Part shown: positions 24,705 to 37,251 of the stretch, one piece after another
Layout of the letters: each line of letters opens with the position of its first letter
How positions within the stretch are numbered: the stretch's first letter is position 1
Source: Hypanus sabinus
Lineage: Eukaryota
Assembly (NCBI RefSeq): GCF_030144855.1
Contig: NW_026779168.1
Span: 1-64,000 of the forward strand
Direction: 5' to 3'
Length of the DNA stretch: 64,000 nt
Made by a program: the position numbers and the translations under genes
Notes under the pieces: generated by a model
What the model saw: the letters and a program-made list of their open reading frames with translations, nothing else
The model's database searches: none
Told to the model about the DNA's origin: nothing

Positions 24705-24738
24705 GTGAGCGAGCAGAGCAATTCATGTTTGCTATTTC

Positions 24739-25690
24739 TGTCAAGGCTCTGCAGCAGGGATCCAATCGCAGACCCAGTACAGTGCACACGGTGATATATA
24801 CTGAGTCACAAATCCTGAGGTACAGACAAAGTCAGCGTCAAAATTCAGACAGAGATGAAAACATCCAGAGAAATCCAAACATCAGAATCGGGGCAACAAC
24901 ACACACAAAATGCTGGTGGAACACAGCAGGCCAGGCAGCATCTATAGTAAGAAGCGCTGTCGACGTTTCGGGCCGAGCCCCTTCGTCAGGTCCAGAATCA
25001 GGTAAAGATAAAAAAATCCAGAGAAATCCAAACACCAGAATCGGGAAACAGGCAGAGTCGATATTCAGACGGACAGGGTACAGATATGAATGCTGGAAAC
25101 GCTGAGGAAAATTCACTGGCACAATCCGGCAACAAACCGGTGAAAGCACCGGACTGAAATACACTGAGCAATAAACAGAGCGGCAGGTGATAGGTGGAGC
25201 ACAATGAGACACAGGAGGCAGCAATACAGGTAATAATGAGAAACAGATGAGAGACGGAGTACTCAGGAACACAGGGGCCGGAGTAGAGCAGGAGCGGGGA
25301 CAGGACACATGGCAATGCGAAACCACAGACTGATAGCTGGAGCAAACACACAAAAAGACAAGAGTTCAACTGGAGGTACTGACAGTACCCTCGCCCCCGC
25401 CACACACACAGTACGGACGCCTCCTGGCGTCACAGCAGGTAGAGATGGGTGCTGGCGATAAAATACCCTGATGAGGGAGGCCTCCAGGATGTAACGAGCG
25501 GGTCCAGCAGTTGACGGACCGCGAACACCTCTGACCCATCGATAAGCCGTGAGGGTGGGGAGGTGTTGGGTACAGGACACAGGGGTGTCTCATGATACGC
25601 TTTATGCGGGACACATGGAAGGTGAGATGAATGCGGCGGAGAGTGGAGGGAAGATGGGGACAGAGCAGGGTTGATGACTTTAGCAACACA
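24739..25690 (-). mobile_element. Gypsy (chromovirus-type) 3' end: 3' LTR 24739-25384, PPT and integrase/chromodomain remnant
   Basis: LTR bounded by TGTCA...TGACA. Polypurine tract GGGGGCGAGGGTAC abuts the LTR on the minus strand. Remnant peptides LPSTLRRIHLTFHVSRIK and LIDGSEVFAVRQLLD. Confidence 0.8.
24894..24990 (-). mobile_element. Penelope-like terminal repeat fragment with hammerhead-ribozyme core
   Basis: Minus strand reads CTGACGA-AGGGGCTCGGCCC-GAAAC-GTC, followed by ...GATGCTGCCTGGCCTGCTGTGTTCCACCAGCATTTTGTGTGT. Confidence 0.6.
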
Positions 25691-26970
25691 AACACCCATG
25701 TCAGGATGTTGTTCATCGACTATTGCTCAGCATAATCCTGATTGAGCAGTTGCAGAATTCGGGCTCTGTTCCTACTGACAGGGGAAAACCTAGTTTGAAA
25801 CGGGGCCCAGAATAGACCCTATGATTTGTTCTGCTATTAAGCGAGAGAGAGACTCAGCTTGAGACACACACAGTGCGGACACAGAACGAGCTTTGTTGCA
25901 CCCACACGAAGGTGGATTTTTTAAGGATCGATTCGTGGAAATCGATCGTGGCTCACAGTGTGGAAAAGGCGCGACGGTCGGGGAATTATTTGTGTGTTCA
26001 CCCTCGTCTGGGTGATAATTCCCCCACTCAAGAAAGGCCGTACGTATCATGGTCGGTGACCACAACAGGACTTCGGAAGGCAACGGGAAGATCAACAGCA
26101 TCACCGCGCACCTCTCTCTCTCTCCACCGTTACTCAACTAACTACCCCGACCTGAACTGAACTCTCTTCATCATATCGTAAGACTGTACTCATTTACCCC
26201 CAGGTTTGAAAGAGGCTAGTTTTGTTCCTATTTCCACACTTATACATCTATATATCGTTGCTAACCTGTTTGATATTTCTGCATTTATAGTACGGTATTG
26301 CTTAGTTTTTAATAAAAACTATTAGTTAATAGTAATACCAGACTGCGGAGTGTTTTCCATTTCTGCTGGTTCTTTAATCCGGTCACTGGGTACGTGACAC
26401 TACGTCGGCAATTGGATCCTTGACTTTATATCCGGAAGACCACAAGTTGTGCGGATTGATTATAACATCTCCTCCTCGCTGACAATCCACACTGGCGCAC
26501 CTCAGGGGTGTGTGTTTGGCCTACTGCTCTACTCTCTATATGCCCATGACTGTGTGGCTTGGAACAGCTCAAAGGCCATCTTTAATTTGCTGATGAGACA
26601 ACCATTGTTGTTGGAATCTCAGGCGGCGACGAGAGGGCGTACAGGGGTGAAATATGCTAACTAGAGGAGTGGTGTCGCAGTAACAACCTTGCAGTCAACG
26701 TCAGTACGATGAAAAACTGATTGTAACCTTCGGAACGGTAATATTAAGGAACACATACCAATCCCCATAGAGGGATCAGAGGCGGGTGTCAAGATCTCTG
26801 AGGATCTAACCTGGTCCAATATACCGATGCAGTTATAAAGGAGGCAATACAGCAGCTATACTTCATCAGGTGTTCAAAAGAGATTTTGTACATCAATAAA
26901 TAACTTCTATAAATGTACCGTGGAGAGCATGCCAACAGGCTGCATCACTGTCTGGCATGGGGGGCTGGGG
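25690..26970 (+). mobile_element. Rex1/Babar-type LINE RT fragment, split by a solo LTR
   Basis: VRMLFIDY-like motif before the LTR; WILDF...TGAPQGCV...[12 protein letters not shown] after it. Confidence 0.75.
25776..26399 (+). mobile_element. Solo LTR with 4-bp target-site duplication
   Basis: TG...CA termini flanked by CTAC at 25772-25775 and 26400-26403; AATAAA at ~26311. Confidence 0.8.
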
Positions 26971-26999
26971 AGTCTTATTAAGGATGAACTTTGGGGGTA

Positions 27000-27260
27000 C
27001 TTGGAGACGGATGATAAAATAAGTCAAAGTGAGCATGGATTCTGTCAAAGGAATCTTCCCTGATGAAACTGTTCGAATTCCTTGAGGGAATAACAAGCTG
27101 TGTGGATAAAGGAGAGGCAGAGGTTGTCACTGACTTGGATTTTCAGAAGTCATGTGATGAGAGGCCGCACATCAGACTACGTAACAAGATGACATCCAAT
27201 GGCGTTGCGGAAAAGTTACTGACGTGGACAACGGAATGGCTAACAGGCAGGAGGCAGCGT
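27000..27260 (+). mobile_element. CR1 RT fragment
   Basis: LFEFLEGITSCVDKGEAEVV.DLDFQK...WLTGRRQR. Confidence 0.75.
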
Positions 27261-28037
27261 CTGCCTGTTAAATTTATTCAGCAGATCATTCTTGATTCAA
27301 AAATGATTTTGAAACTTACTGATTAAATTAGACAACCAAATTAACCAAATTACCGTGAAAATTTACAATTTCAACTGAGATTTAGCAAATTACATAGTAT
27401 AATGCCAACAATGAAACAAAAATATTTTTGTTTATTTTCTAGCTAAATGGACGACATTGACTGGGAAGTGGTTTAGGAAGGCTGCCTAAACGTTTTTAAC
27501 TTCGGAATGAGCGCGCGAAATACAGATACATCACTGACAAAAAATGCTGTCACCCGGAGCCAGGGATTTTTTCGGTGACGTCATGTACAGTAATAAACAC
27601 TTTTCACAACCTACCTTAACGTATAATACATACAAACACATATACTTTAAAGTTACTAGGCAAAACAAGGCCGAGCAAGACACGCTGATCTTCGGAGAAT
27701 GAAGGATGGCGATAATGGATGCGAGAACCCTTGCTTGAATATGTTGACCCGGTGCAGTCTGAATCGTGACTGACTCTGAAGTGAGGCTGTGCGGGAGAAT
27801 CTTAAACAATGAATGTACCAGTTGTGCCGAATTCAAACGGTGTGTTGGAAAGATATTATAAATAGCAGGGAAACTATTGACTCCACTGAAGGTTGCTGCT
27901 TCGGTATTTCATCGGTTCAATTACCAGGGCCCCCATAAACCCCCGGGGCTCCCCTTCTCACAGTTTTCAGTCGGTGGCCCCATTCAAATGTGCCAGGGCC
28001 CTAAAGGGAGCCAAATAGACCCCGTTGAGAATCGCTG
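27260..28037. mobile_element. Probable hAT-type non-autonomous DNA transposon remnant
   Basis: Ends in GTTGAGAATCGCTG (rc CAGCGATTCTCAAC), which resembles a hAT TIR. The other end was not identified. Confidence 0.35.
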
Positions 28038-28328
28038 ATGTACAGCATTTATAGGTGCATTGGAGCTGGATATTCGCGATCAGCTGACTGCAGGGAACTC
28101 TCATTGGACAATTCTCAAATTGAATTTTACGCAGAGGGGAGGAATTTCAAACCTGGCGGTCTTGGGAATGACCAGGCCACACAGTAACGTTACCAATGTG
28201 GTCAGGGATAAGGCTCCAGAGGCAACATTATCATCTGGGTCAACAGTGCGCGTGGGATAGTAATGACTTCGGCAGCTTGGCCTGCAGTGATATCATCATC
28301 TCAGTTCAGTGAGCTGAGATCCAGAGAA

Positions 28329-31300
28329 GCAATGACAACGTCAGAGTGGTCAGTGACGTGCTCTGAAAGTACAGACCATTTTGCATATCGAATATAAGAG
28401 CCCGTAACCGTTCTGACGTTCCCGCTTCACACTCAATGTGTCTGTTCGTGTCCACTGTCTTGCAGCTCCAATCCAGGAAGTGGTTCTCCAGGAGGTCAGA
28501 GAGAAGAGTCTGAATGTGACTAGTGGAGATTTTGGGCAGATTCATCAAGTCTGTGTTTCATATCCTTCCCCACCTGCAGAGAAAGCTTATCAGGGCAACA
28601 GATAAAATTATTATAAAACCTTCAATAATAATGTGTCCTATTTTAATTTTATACCAACGCGTGGTGTATCCCATATTTCTGCATCAGCTGAACTACAACG
28701 GGTTAACAACATCTATTTCTGACTGTAATTAATCTGATTTGTGATGCGCAATATTTCTCTTTGTTGTGCACAGCCTGTTTGGAACAGCATCAACTCGAAT
28801 GTTTATTTGCAGCACTATTCAGAATATTGTTCAGTGTTTAACTACGTTATACGTATGTTTACCTCCATGCGCGATGTTTTAACAATTATATTTATTTATT
28901 CTGCACTTGTCAGTATGCGAGATCAGAAAAAGAAGCAGCTGTGTAAAGTTGTAAGTGAAGGAGACTCGATATTTTATGTTCCCCAGCGTGCTTCATTATC
29001 TGCATCATTGAACACAAGCTGCACCTCTTTTCATATTTTAGGTTCTTTTTCCACTCCTCCACGAACAATGTCCGGAATTATTTCTGTGTAGGTAGACCTA
29101 ATATAATGGACGTAAGACGCTCCATCCCACCACTAGCCTGCAGGTTACACCTGAGCATGCTGTAGCCCCTGCTTACTGATGTACACTGGATATGGCGGAA
29201 GACCTTGTAGCAGAGTCACAGACTGACTGTGTTGCCTGCCTCTGCCCGGGTTCGGGACGCCTTATCTGCCCTGTAGAGGAACTTGCAGTGGGAGGTGCAT
29301 GTGGGCACCGACAACATAGGTAGAACGAGGAAAGAGGATCTTTGCATTACCACCTGAGCGACATTCAATAGGGCCCGGGAGATTAGAGAGTTAAATACCA
29401 GTTCATGAAGGAGATTATAAATTACAGGGAGACCCTGATCTTTTGGGGAAGAGGGCCACAGAGTGGCAAATGGATTACAATACAGATATGTACTTTCTGA
29501 TGAGATTGATGAGGCTGATGTACTGTACACATCTCTACTCACATCATTTTACAGGGACACAGTCGGGTACACCGAGCCTCCGTGTGTCCCTCAGCATGTA
29601 CTGCCGCAGCCTGAAAAGTGGCAGTAGGGGACAGGCGGAAAGTGGCTAGTTTGATGTTTCACGGGATATTAACACAGAGCACTTTAACAGCGGTATACAA
29701 AATTATGAATGGTATAGATAGGGTGAATGAATGCATTGTATTGTGTTTGATCTTACAGCTATGGCAGGGAGATGGTTGCAGGCTGACCGGGAGAGGGTCC
29801 TCAGTGTTCGAACATATTCAGTGTTGCAGTACTGTCCGAAGCCCGGATGCAAATGGAGTAGAGTTGGACAGACTAACTCCAGCAATCCAACCCCACAAAA
29901 ACCCGGAGCCAGAGAAGCTCCAAGGTCTTCATCTCTGAGAAAGGATGTATCCAGCACGAAGACTGGCTGCACCTGGGGACAGCGTGAAAGACTGGCACAG
30001 CACAGAGAACTCGGGTCAGTGGTCTGTGCCCCAGTGGGCATGATGTGCGAAACTGACCACCGTCTGATTGAGAGATATAGAGTAACGGATTACTATTCAA
30101 TTCCCCCCCCCCTCGCAATCTGGTGCCCTGTAGGGGTCCAGGTGTTGTCTTGTCCAAGCGACACACAAACAGCGCACAGGTGCATTGAATGGTTAATGAA
30201 CATTTATATCTGTGTGATTGGTGCAGAGAGACGGAGAAGTGTTGTTACAATGTCAGACTAGTGCACCCTGACGGATTTTGGGAAGGTAAAGCAGAGCAGG
30301 ACTTCGGCAGTGTCATGCAGAGTGTTAGTGAACAGAGAGATCTTGGGACACAGGTACATGGCTCCCTAAAATCACAACAAAAATTGTCATGGTTGTGAAC
30401 AGCATGCCTCCCTTTCGCAACAGAGGAGTTGCAAAATCACATTACAGTTGTACAAAATACTAATTAATTCACAGCTACAGTAACTTGTGCAATTCTGGTC
30501 AGCAAAATAAGGAAGAAGTGATTAAGCTGGAAAGGTGAGGAAAAGATTCTCAGAAATGTCGCCTGGACTGGGGTCTTCTGTTACAGGTAAAGATCAGACA
30601 CTCTGGGTCTGTTTTCGCTGGAGTGAAGGAGGCTGAGGGGGGACCTGACCGAAGTTTATAAAACTATGCAGTTGTAGATAAGGAAAACAGTCAGAGTCAT
30701 TTTCCCAGGGTGGAAATATCAAATTCAAAAAGGCTGCCTTTACAGTGACAGGGTGATCATTTAAAGATGGTGAACATGGCAAGTGGTAGACCAGTGTTAT
30801 TTACGGAGTGGTGGGGCCTGTTATGGGCTGCCAATGGGGAGTGATGGAAGCAGATATGATAGTGACATTGAAGGGAGAGAATTGATTCTGTTTAATGTGG
30901 CATTGTGTTCAGCACAGACATGGTGGGAAGAAGGACCTGTTCCTATACCGCACTGTTCAGTGCTCTGAGTGAGCCTCAGTAACAGCAAACTATTTAACAG
31001 GGGGCACCGACAGTGGTATCTGTGGCAGCTAGTCGGATCATCAAGAGTGTTGGAGAGCAGACAGACCAAGGATTACGAGTGCACTATGCTCTGGAAGTGT
31101 AGATAGGGTGTTGAAGAAGGCATTCATCAGTTAGATGTAGGAGTACAGGAGATGGGACTTCATGTTGCGACAGTACAGGTCATTGGTGAGACCACAATGT
31201 ATTGTGGGCAGTTCTGGTGACGCATTTATAGGATGAAAGTTACTAAGCTGGGAAAGGGCAGAACGTTTAGAAAAGGGAAAGATCAAAAGAGACACTTTGG

Positions 31301-34300
31301 CACCATCTTCCACAGAGCTGTGTGTATATATTACGAGCTGCAAGAAAACGCTGCAGAGGAGACACAATCACAATGTTTATCAGACATTCGGGCAGGTGAA
31401 TGGATGGAGAGGGATCTGGATCAGACAGAGTTTAAATGGAATTCTATAATACACTCCGTGGTCAATATGGCCGCGTTTTTGTCCTGTACATTTCTGTAAC
31501 TGACTGCAAAATGGACAACACTAGAGATTCCTCACACCAGGAGTAGATAGTTCACATGAGAACTAAGATGAGAAGATCTCATCACGAAGATGAGAAGAGG
31601 AATGTGCAAAAAACGTTTCTCCCCACGTCCTTTAAATCATTCTCGCCTCACCACAAATCTGGTCTATCTAATATTAGATGATATTTGTTGTGAATGACTG
31701 CAGCCATTCACTTTATCTGCCATGCCCCTCAGAGTTTATACACTTCTATACGCTCCACACTCAGCTTTCTCCATTCCGGGAGCACAGACAGAGATTTTCC
31801 AGTCTCTCCTTGTAACTCAGTCCCAGTCGCTCCTTGTGAATCTTTACTGCACCCTCTCCAGCTGAACAACATCCTTTCTGCTGCTGGGCAACAATCCAAC
31901 AACTTACCTCTTCAAAAACCTCTGCAGATCCATCAACCACAACTTCCTGCAAACAATCCACGCTGACTCCTGCCGATCAGACACAGTCCATCCAAAGACA
32001 GGTGATTCCTGCCCCCAGAATCCTCTCCAGTAGGGTCCGAACTACTGAAGTCAGGCTGACTGACCTGCAGTTCCCAGGCTTGTCCCTGACAGCTCTTTAA
32101 AAAGTAAAACAACATTATCCACTCTTCAGTCATTGCAGCAACCTTCAGTGGACCTCAACAATTTTCTCTGTCCGTCCACAAAGCAGTGGGTCAGGCCCTG
32201 ATGATTCTTCCACTTAATGCAGTTTAGTCTACTGATAACTGCTCGCTGGTAATATGAATGTCCTCCAAAGCAACTTCCCAAGTTTGCATTATCCATTGAG
32301 CAACCATGGTATTGGACCCGTAAGCACAAAGAAGAAATCATTGATTGATTCATGATCCCACCCATTCCCTGCGGCTCACGAAAAGGAGACCCTACTGTTC
32401 TCTATGGTGCCTCTCTCTCCCAAGCCACACTGTTACTCCTAACATAGCTAGAGAAACTCTTGGCATTTTCCTGACCTGGTATTAGCCTGGCTTCCCTCTT
32501 AAGAGTATTCTTAAGAAAATTTTATTCTTGTCGGGTGATGGGGTCCAAGACGTCAAGAGTCGAGTGCACAAACACCGATCATCTCTGGGAGGGAAGTCAC
32601 ATGCTTCTTCATAAGCCTTCATGAAAGCGACCAGGATGGCAATGCTTGGTTGTTGGTAGGTAGGGGTTAATACTTGACTTTTAGGAGCACTTGTGTGTTA
32701 TGTTCCAGCTGGACACAGTCCTTAAACTGCTAGAGAACAGTGCTGAAAGAACAGGTGCTGTTTTCTCCCGGTCGGGATTTGTTTTTCGTTCCAAGTGCTC
32801 CTGCCATGTTTTGTCACCCTGCAACCTTATCCTTCAATCTCTGTGAATTATTGAAGACAGAATGTGTACAAACGTCTCTATCCAGCAGACCTATAATGAG
32901 CATCAGGACTCCAGTATTTCTATTATTCTTTAATGTTTCTTAATTGTACACAGGATTTTATTTTGTATTTTATCGCTGAGCAGCAGTGAACCATCTGATT
33001 AGTCTTGCAGAGTTCTCTTTGAGAACTAGTAATGGAAGTCGCTCAAAAACATCTCTCAATGTACTGTGAAGTGTATCCTAACAGGCCGATTCACACTTTG
33101 GTGGGGATGGGGGCAGTTACTGTGCAGGACCCAAATCAGATTTCAGAATTTGTAAAGTTAGTCAGCTCCATCTTGGGCCCGAGCCTCCGTAGCATCCAAG
33201 ACATCGTCAGGTAGTGATGCATCAGAAAATCGACGTCAATAATGCAGGACTTCCATCACCCAGAACATGCCCTCTTCTCATTGTTAAAGGCAAGAAAGAA
33301 ATACAGAAGTCTGAAGGCGCATAATCAGCGATTCAAGAACAGCTTCTTCCTCTCTGCCATCCGATTCCTAAATGGACATTGTATCAATGAACACCACCTC
33401 ACTATTATAATATATATAATTTTTGTATTTGCAGCATATTTCGACTTTTACGTATGCATATATACTTATTGTTATTGTTTTACTTGTTTTGTTTTTTCCC
33501 TTTCTATGTTTTCATGTATTGGATGAAACTGCTGCTGGTAAGTTAACAAATCCGAATCAGGTTTATTACCACTGGCATGTGTCGTGGAATTTGTTAGCTT
33601 AGCAGCAGCAGTTCACTACGATACATAGTATGGAAGGAGAAAACAAAATAAAATAATAAAAATTATAGTGTCCAAGATTTCAATGCCCATTCAGGAATCG
33701 TATTGCAGAGGGTCGGAAGCCGTTCCTGAATCGATGAGTGTTTGCCTTCAGGCTTCTGTACCTCCTACCTGACGGTCGCAGTTTCCAAATTTCACAACAC
33801 ATACAGGTGATAAATAAAACCCCGATTCTGATTCTGATACAAGTGATTCTTGATCAGCTTGTTGAGTTGGCTGAGGACTGGCAAAAGGTTTTCAGTCCAG
33901 ATGAGTGAGGTGTGGCAATTTGTGAAAGTCATGTCAGAGATGGACTTTGTGATCTCAGCACTGTCTGTCATAGAAATTTTACTCCCCTCCATTGACTCCA
34001 GCTGCATTTCTAGCTGCCCCTGGAAAGCAGCTAACATAAACAAAGACCCTTTCCACTCCGTCATTCTGTCGTCTCACACCTTCCATTGGGCAGCAGACAT
34101 TAAGGAGTGAGAACACACAGCACCAGGATCAAGGACAACATGGGTCCTAATGTTTCATAATTGTACGCATGATGTTTTGTATTTTACAGCACTTTCAAAA
34201 GTATTCATACCTACTTTCGAAGATTTCATGTTTTATCGTTTTACAACATTAATCCACAATGGTTTTATTTGGCTTTTTAACACTGAATAACAGAAAGCCG

Positions 34301-36116
34301 ATTTCGTGTCAAAATGAAAGTGATGTCTACAAAGTGATATTCACCCCTTTAATATGACAAACCAAATAGTCACTGGTGCAATCAATTTGTTTTAGAATTC
34401 ATATAATTAGTTAAATGGAAATCACCGTGTGCAGTCTGGATGCTTCAATTAACTGTCGTAAAAATGTCAATTGCTGTGGCGTCAGTGTCTTACCTTCTCT
34501 TCTATTTTATACTCCATGAGCACCTCATTTGTTCCGGCCTTCTTATACCTGTAGTGAACCTCACCAGGTTCTTCACCATCTTCACCAGGGCCTCAACATC
34601 AAAAAGGACCGAAGAATCCTCTATCTTTCAACTTTACCTTTTATTCAGTCAGACATATATCAGGATTTTACTCCCAAAGTTACACTTTTTGAAGCTTCCG
34701 ACTTCCCAAATTCTCATTTTTGCCAGAAAACAGCCTGTCCTAATCCACACTTGACACCAGACCTAAGTTTATGCGTATTTACCGTGAAACAAATGACCTT
34801 GTGGTCACTAGATGCAAAGTGTTCTCTACACAAATTTTTTCCACTGCCCTCTCTCATTCTCTAATCGCCGATCAAGTATCGCACTCTCTCCAGTTGCAGT
34901 TATTTCCCTGTTCATAACAAAATTGAATCCAACTCGGTTCCTCAATGGCCGGTCAAATGTCAGTCAAAGAACTATTTCGGAATGCCACCGAATAATGGGT
35001 CTCTGGATATGTCCATCAATTCCCATTCACGCACATTGACCTCACAGTCTGACGATTCTGGCCACAAACCCGTCAAATGCGTCATCCAAGTCACTGAGAG
35101 AGAGGTTAAAAAGAAATGGTCCCAGCACAGTCACTTCTGGAAAGCCACGAGTTACTGGAAGTCAAACAGAAAGGTTTTACTTTGTTCCCAGTCTCTGTGA
35201 CAGACAGCAGCTGACAGATGTGTGTAAGGGAACATTTTGGGACCTTCACAGAAGGGACGATTTGCTCCTGAACTGCAAGGGAACTAATATCCCACTATAA
35301 CACCAATCTCATGTTTCTTGCGATCTACGATCTCTCTGCAAATTTGTTCCGCTAAATCCGACGGGGTGTTGAGTTCTCTGTAATACAGCCCCATGAACGA
35401 GGTCATAGCTTTTTTTTATTCATCGGTTCCTCGCAAAACGCATCATTAGAAGATTTTTCCAGTCTGGCCTGACTGCATTGCCATGGACTCCAATTTTGCT
35501 AGGAATTTCCAAATACACCATATCTACCGCATCTCTTTTGTCTATGAGCTTGTCATTCCCTCGAAAATTGTAGTAGGTCTTTATCAGGCTGGATTTTCCT
35601 TTCAGGAACCCATGCTACCTTTGGCCTATCTCGTCATGTGCCTCCAGGTACTCCATGATCTTATCCCTAACAATCGTTCCCAACAAGTTTCTAAACACTG
35701 ATGTCAGGCTAACGTGTCTATAGTTTCATTTATGCCGCTGTCCACCCTTCTTAAATAGTAGAGTAACATTTTCAATTTTCCAGTTACCTGGTACTTCGCC
35801 AGAACCTATCGATTATGGAAAGATCATTATTAACGCCTCCGCAATCTCTCAGCTACTTGGTTCAGATCCCGAGGGGGACAAGGTGCCGGACATGAGGCTG
35901 CTTAACAAACGTGGAAGATTCTACCATTGTCTGACTAGCAGAATGCAAAGTGTCTGAAGTAAGGGAGCCTTTTCGCGTTTGGCTGCCGTGACTGGTGTAG
36001 TTTCACAGACGTCTGTGTTGGGACCGATCGCTGTTACATTCTACATCAATGAATTGGATGATGGCTTTGTCGCAGGGTTTGCCGACGATATGAAGGATGT
36101 TGCAGGGTTTGCGGAC
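28329..36116 (+). repeat. Direct segmental duplication, copy 1 (A-B-C)
   Basis: Highly similar and collinear with 37252-45990; paired ORFs in the track include 28741/37683, 29443/38384 and 30783/39742. Confidence 0.92.
34184..34480 (+). mobile_element. Tc1/mariner terminal fragment (duplicate at ~43669-43960)
   Basis: TA-CAG....AAAAGTATTCATAC Tc1-like TIR start, with the internal direct repeat TATTCACCCC. Confidence 0.55.
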
Positions 36117-37251
36117 GGGATTTGTTTTTCCTTCCAAGTGCTCCTGCCACGTTTTGTCACCCTGCAACCTTATTCTTCAATCTCTGTGAATTATTGTGGA
36201 CAGAATGTGTACAAACGTCTCTATCCAGCAGACCTATAATGAGCATCAGGACTCCAGTATTTCTATTATTTTTTAATGTTTCTTAATTGTACACAGGATT
36301 TTATTTTGTATTTTATCGCTGAGCAGCAGTGAACCATCTGATTAGTCTAGCAGAGTTCTCTTTGAGAACTAGTGATGGAAGTTGCTCAAAAGCCTCTCTC
36401 AATGTACAATGAAGGATATTCTAACAGTCTGATTCACCCTTTGGAGGGAATAGGGGCAGTTACTGCGCAGGACCAAAAGAACCTTACAGAAGTTGTAAAA
36501 TTAGTCAGATCCATCTTGGGTCCGAGCCTCGGTCGCATCCAAGACATCGTCAGGTAGTGATGTATCAGAAAATCGACGTCAATAATGCAGGACTTCCATC
36601 ACCCAGGACATGCCCTCTTCTCATTGCTAAAGCCATAAAGAAATACAGAAGTCTGAAGGCGCACACTCAGTGATTCACGAACAACTTCTTCCGCTCTGCG
36701 GTCCGATTGCTAAATGGACATTATATCCATGAACACTACCTCACTTTTATAATATATATTATTTTTGGATTTGCAGCATATTTCATCATTTAAATATGCA
36801 TATATACTTACTGTTATTGTTTTACTTGTTTTGTTTTTTTCCCTTTCTATGTTTTCACGTATTGGATGAAACTGCTGCTGGTAAGTTAACAAATCAGAAT
36901 CAGGTTTATTACCACTGGCATGTGTCGTGGAATTTGTTAGCTTAGCAGCAGCAGTTCACTACGATACATAGTATGGAAGGAAAAAACAAAATAAAATAAT
37001 AACAATTATAGTGTCCAAGGTTTCAATCCCCTTTTAGGAATCGGATTGCAGAGGGTAAGAAGCCGTTCCCGAATCGATCAGTGTGTACCTTCAGTCTTCT
37101 GTACCTCGTACCTGATGGTAACAGTTTCCAAATTTCACAACACATACAGGTGTTTAAAAAAAACCGATTCTGATTCTGATACAAGTGATTCTTGATCAGC
37201 TTGTTGAGTAGGCTGAGGAATGGCAAATGGTTTTCAGTCCAGATGAGTGAG
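36117..37251 (+). repeat. Third copy of block B (also at 32773-33910 and 42271-43396)
   Basis: Starts GGGATTTGTTTTTC and ends CAGATGAGTGAGG in all three copies. Confidence 0.88.

Noticed and set aside
24638-25105. 155-aa ORF starting at the orphan exon
   Set aside because: Only the first 22 codons are receptor-like; the rest is read-through into intron and LTR.
28741-29091. 116-aa ORF preserved in both duplicate copies (37683-38033)
   Set aside because: No recognisable domain or splice structure; preservation is explained by recent duplication.
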